A DNA stretch of 64,000 nt from Macrostomum hystrix (Eukaryota; Animalia; Platyhelminthes). The stretch is from NCBI GenBank assembly GCA_950097015.1, contig CATNEN010000010.1:248001-312000 (forward strand). Reading direction: 5' to 3'. This document shows, in pieces, positions 63,012-64,000 of the stretch; the stretch's first letter is position 1, and each line of letters opens with the position of its first letter. The notes beneath the pieces are model-generated. The model searched no databases. It saw nothing but the letters and a program-made list of their open reading frames with translations, and was not told the origin of the DNA. The translations under genes and the position numbers were made by a program.

Positions 63012-63310
63012 ATTTTCACTAGATAGCTTTTGACTAGTTTTTGTGCTTCATGATAAAGAAACTAAATTACAATGAAGATCAATTATTCACGAATGAAGTT
63101 TTATAAAATTCGTCGAAGCAACATGTTTTTGCTAGATATTAAATATTAAATATTAAAAGAACAGCATTGTATCTGCTTCCAGATACAACATTTATGTGTG
63201 AAAAAAAGTGAAAAGTTCCTATCTCGCTTGTGAATTTTTTCGTGAAAAGCAGCCTTTAATACATTTTCCAAGAAACGAAGTGTCCCGTCCTTCTCATTCT
63301 AGTGGTCCTT
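63012..63310 (+). repeat. Dispersed repeat, copy B (homologous to 37045-37330)
   Basis: Same collinear blocks as copy A, with CpGs retained (AAACGAAGTGTCCCGTCC). Confidence 0.75.
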
Positions 63311-63799
63311 GAGTGCATCTTGCGGAGTTGACCAGTGGCCATGTCTTGGCTTGTAACTAAGTTTCTGGCGCGTTGTGATTGGCTGTTAACTTTTTTTCGC
63401 TTGCTCTCTTTTCTATCCTTTCTATCCACCCGACCGCGCGCCTCGTCTCGCTGCCCGCTACCGGGCTTAATTGTACGCACGCTCTCAGCACCTCTTATAT
63501 CTCAGCACCCGCCACCCCAAAAATTCAAATCAATAAATCAGCTAGAACAACTAGGCCTAGGACAAGGCCTCGTGTGACGCCTGTTTTTGTCATAGTACTG
63601 CTTAAAAAGCATTGAATTAAAAAAACTAGAGAACTAGCCGCTGACTCATCATTTGAACCACCCCATCGAATCGACATCGATGATCCGTTCTAAATTGTTG
63701 TACTTTTCTAATTAGAATCTAATCAAACATTTTTGAGCGGGGCATGTTTGATTATGTACACGTGAAGGCATTCAATAAATTATCTGATTTAATTTGCTC

Positions 63800-64000
63800 T
63801 CAAAGTTCGTGATGTTCCCATCGGCGCCCCTCTTGAAGCTTGCGGCCTCTCTTCGATGCCAAGAAGTAGCGCGCTTCCACGTCACTTTCTACCGTCCGGT
63901 CGATGCCAAGCAGGTGCTGTGTTGCGCCAGCCAGGTTGCCCAACTGTCCAACAAACTCTGCCCCTTCCTCGGGTCCAACGGCCACGGCGACGCGTTTCTT
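63800..64000 (-). CDS. 3' end of an unidentified gene running off the window
   Basis: Open GC-rich frame from the window edge, KKRVAVAVGPEEGAEFVG...WEHHEL*. Confidence 0.45.
   Translation of the reverse strand, partial: KKRVAVAVGPEEGAEFVGQLGNLAGATQHLLGIDRTVESDVEARYFLASKRGRKLQEGRRWEHHEL

Overview
Eukaryotic (animal) genomic DNA, not prokaryotic. It has GC-rich exons, GT-AG introns swollen by minisatellite arrays, and AT-rich intergenic tracts. The style suggests a free-living flatworm such as Macrostomum, but that is inference only. Genes reconstructed by eye from splice sites and reading phase: RUS1/RUSF1 (5'-partial), a divergent Cip/Kip-like CDK inhibitor with a PIP-degron-like motif, a nuclear receptor with an in-frame TAG, a small 5-exon unknown gene, an NTPDase C-terminal fragment, a calmodulin-like gene with a USP gene nested antisense in its intron, a spliced ankyrin-repeat/MAP3K-like kinase, a P4-ATPase flippase, PHGDH, MRPL52, a 4CL/luciferase-like acyl-CoA synthetase, a DEG/ENaC channel, an unknown single-TM protein and two near-identical C2H2-zinc-finger/AlkB genes with altered active-site residues. 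Mobile DNA includes a tRNA-derived SINE with an 11-bp TSD plus a CpG-decayed second copy, a Merlin-like transposase relic, a foldback element and a dispersed repeat pair. There is no CRISPR array, rRNA or intact tRNA. All alignments were done by eye and no database searches were run.
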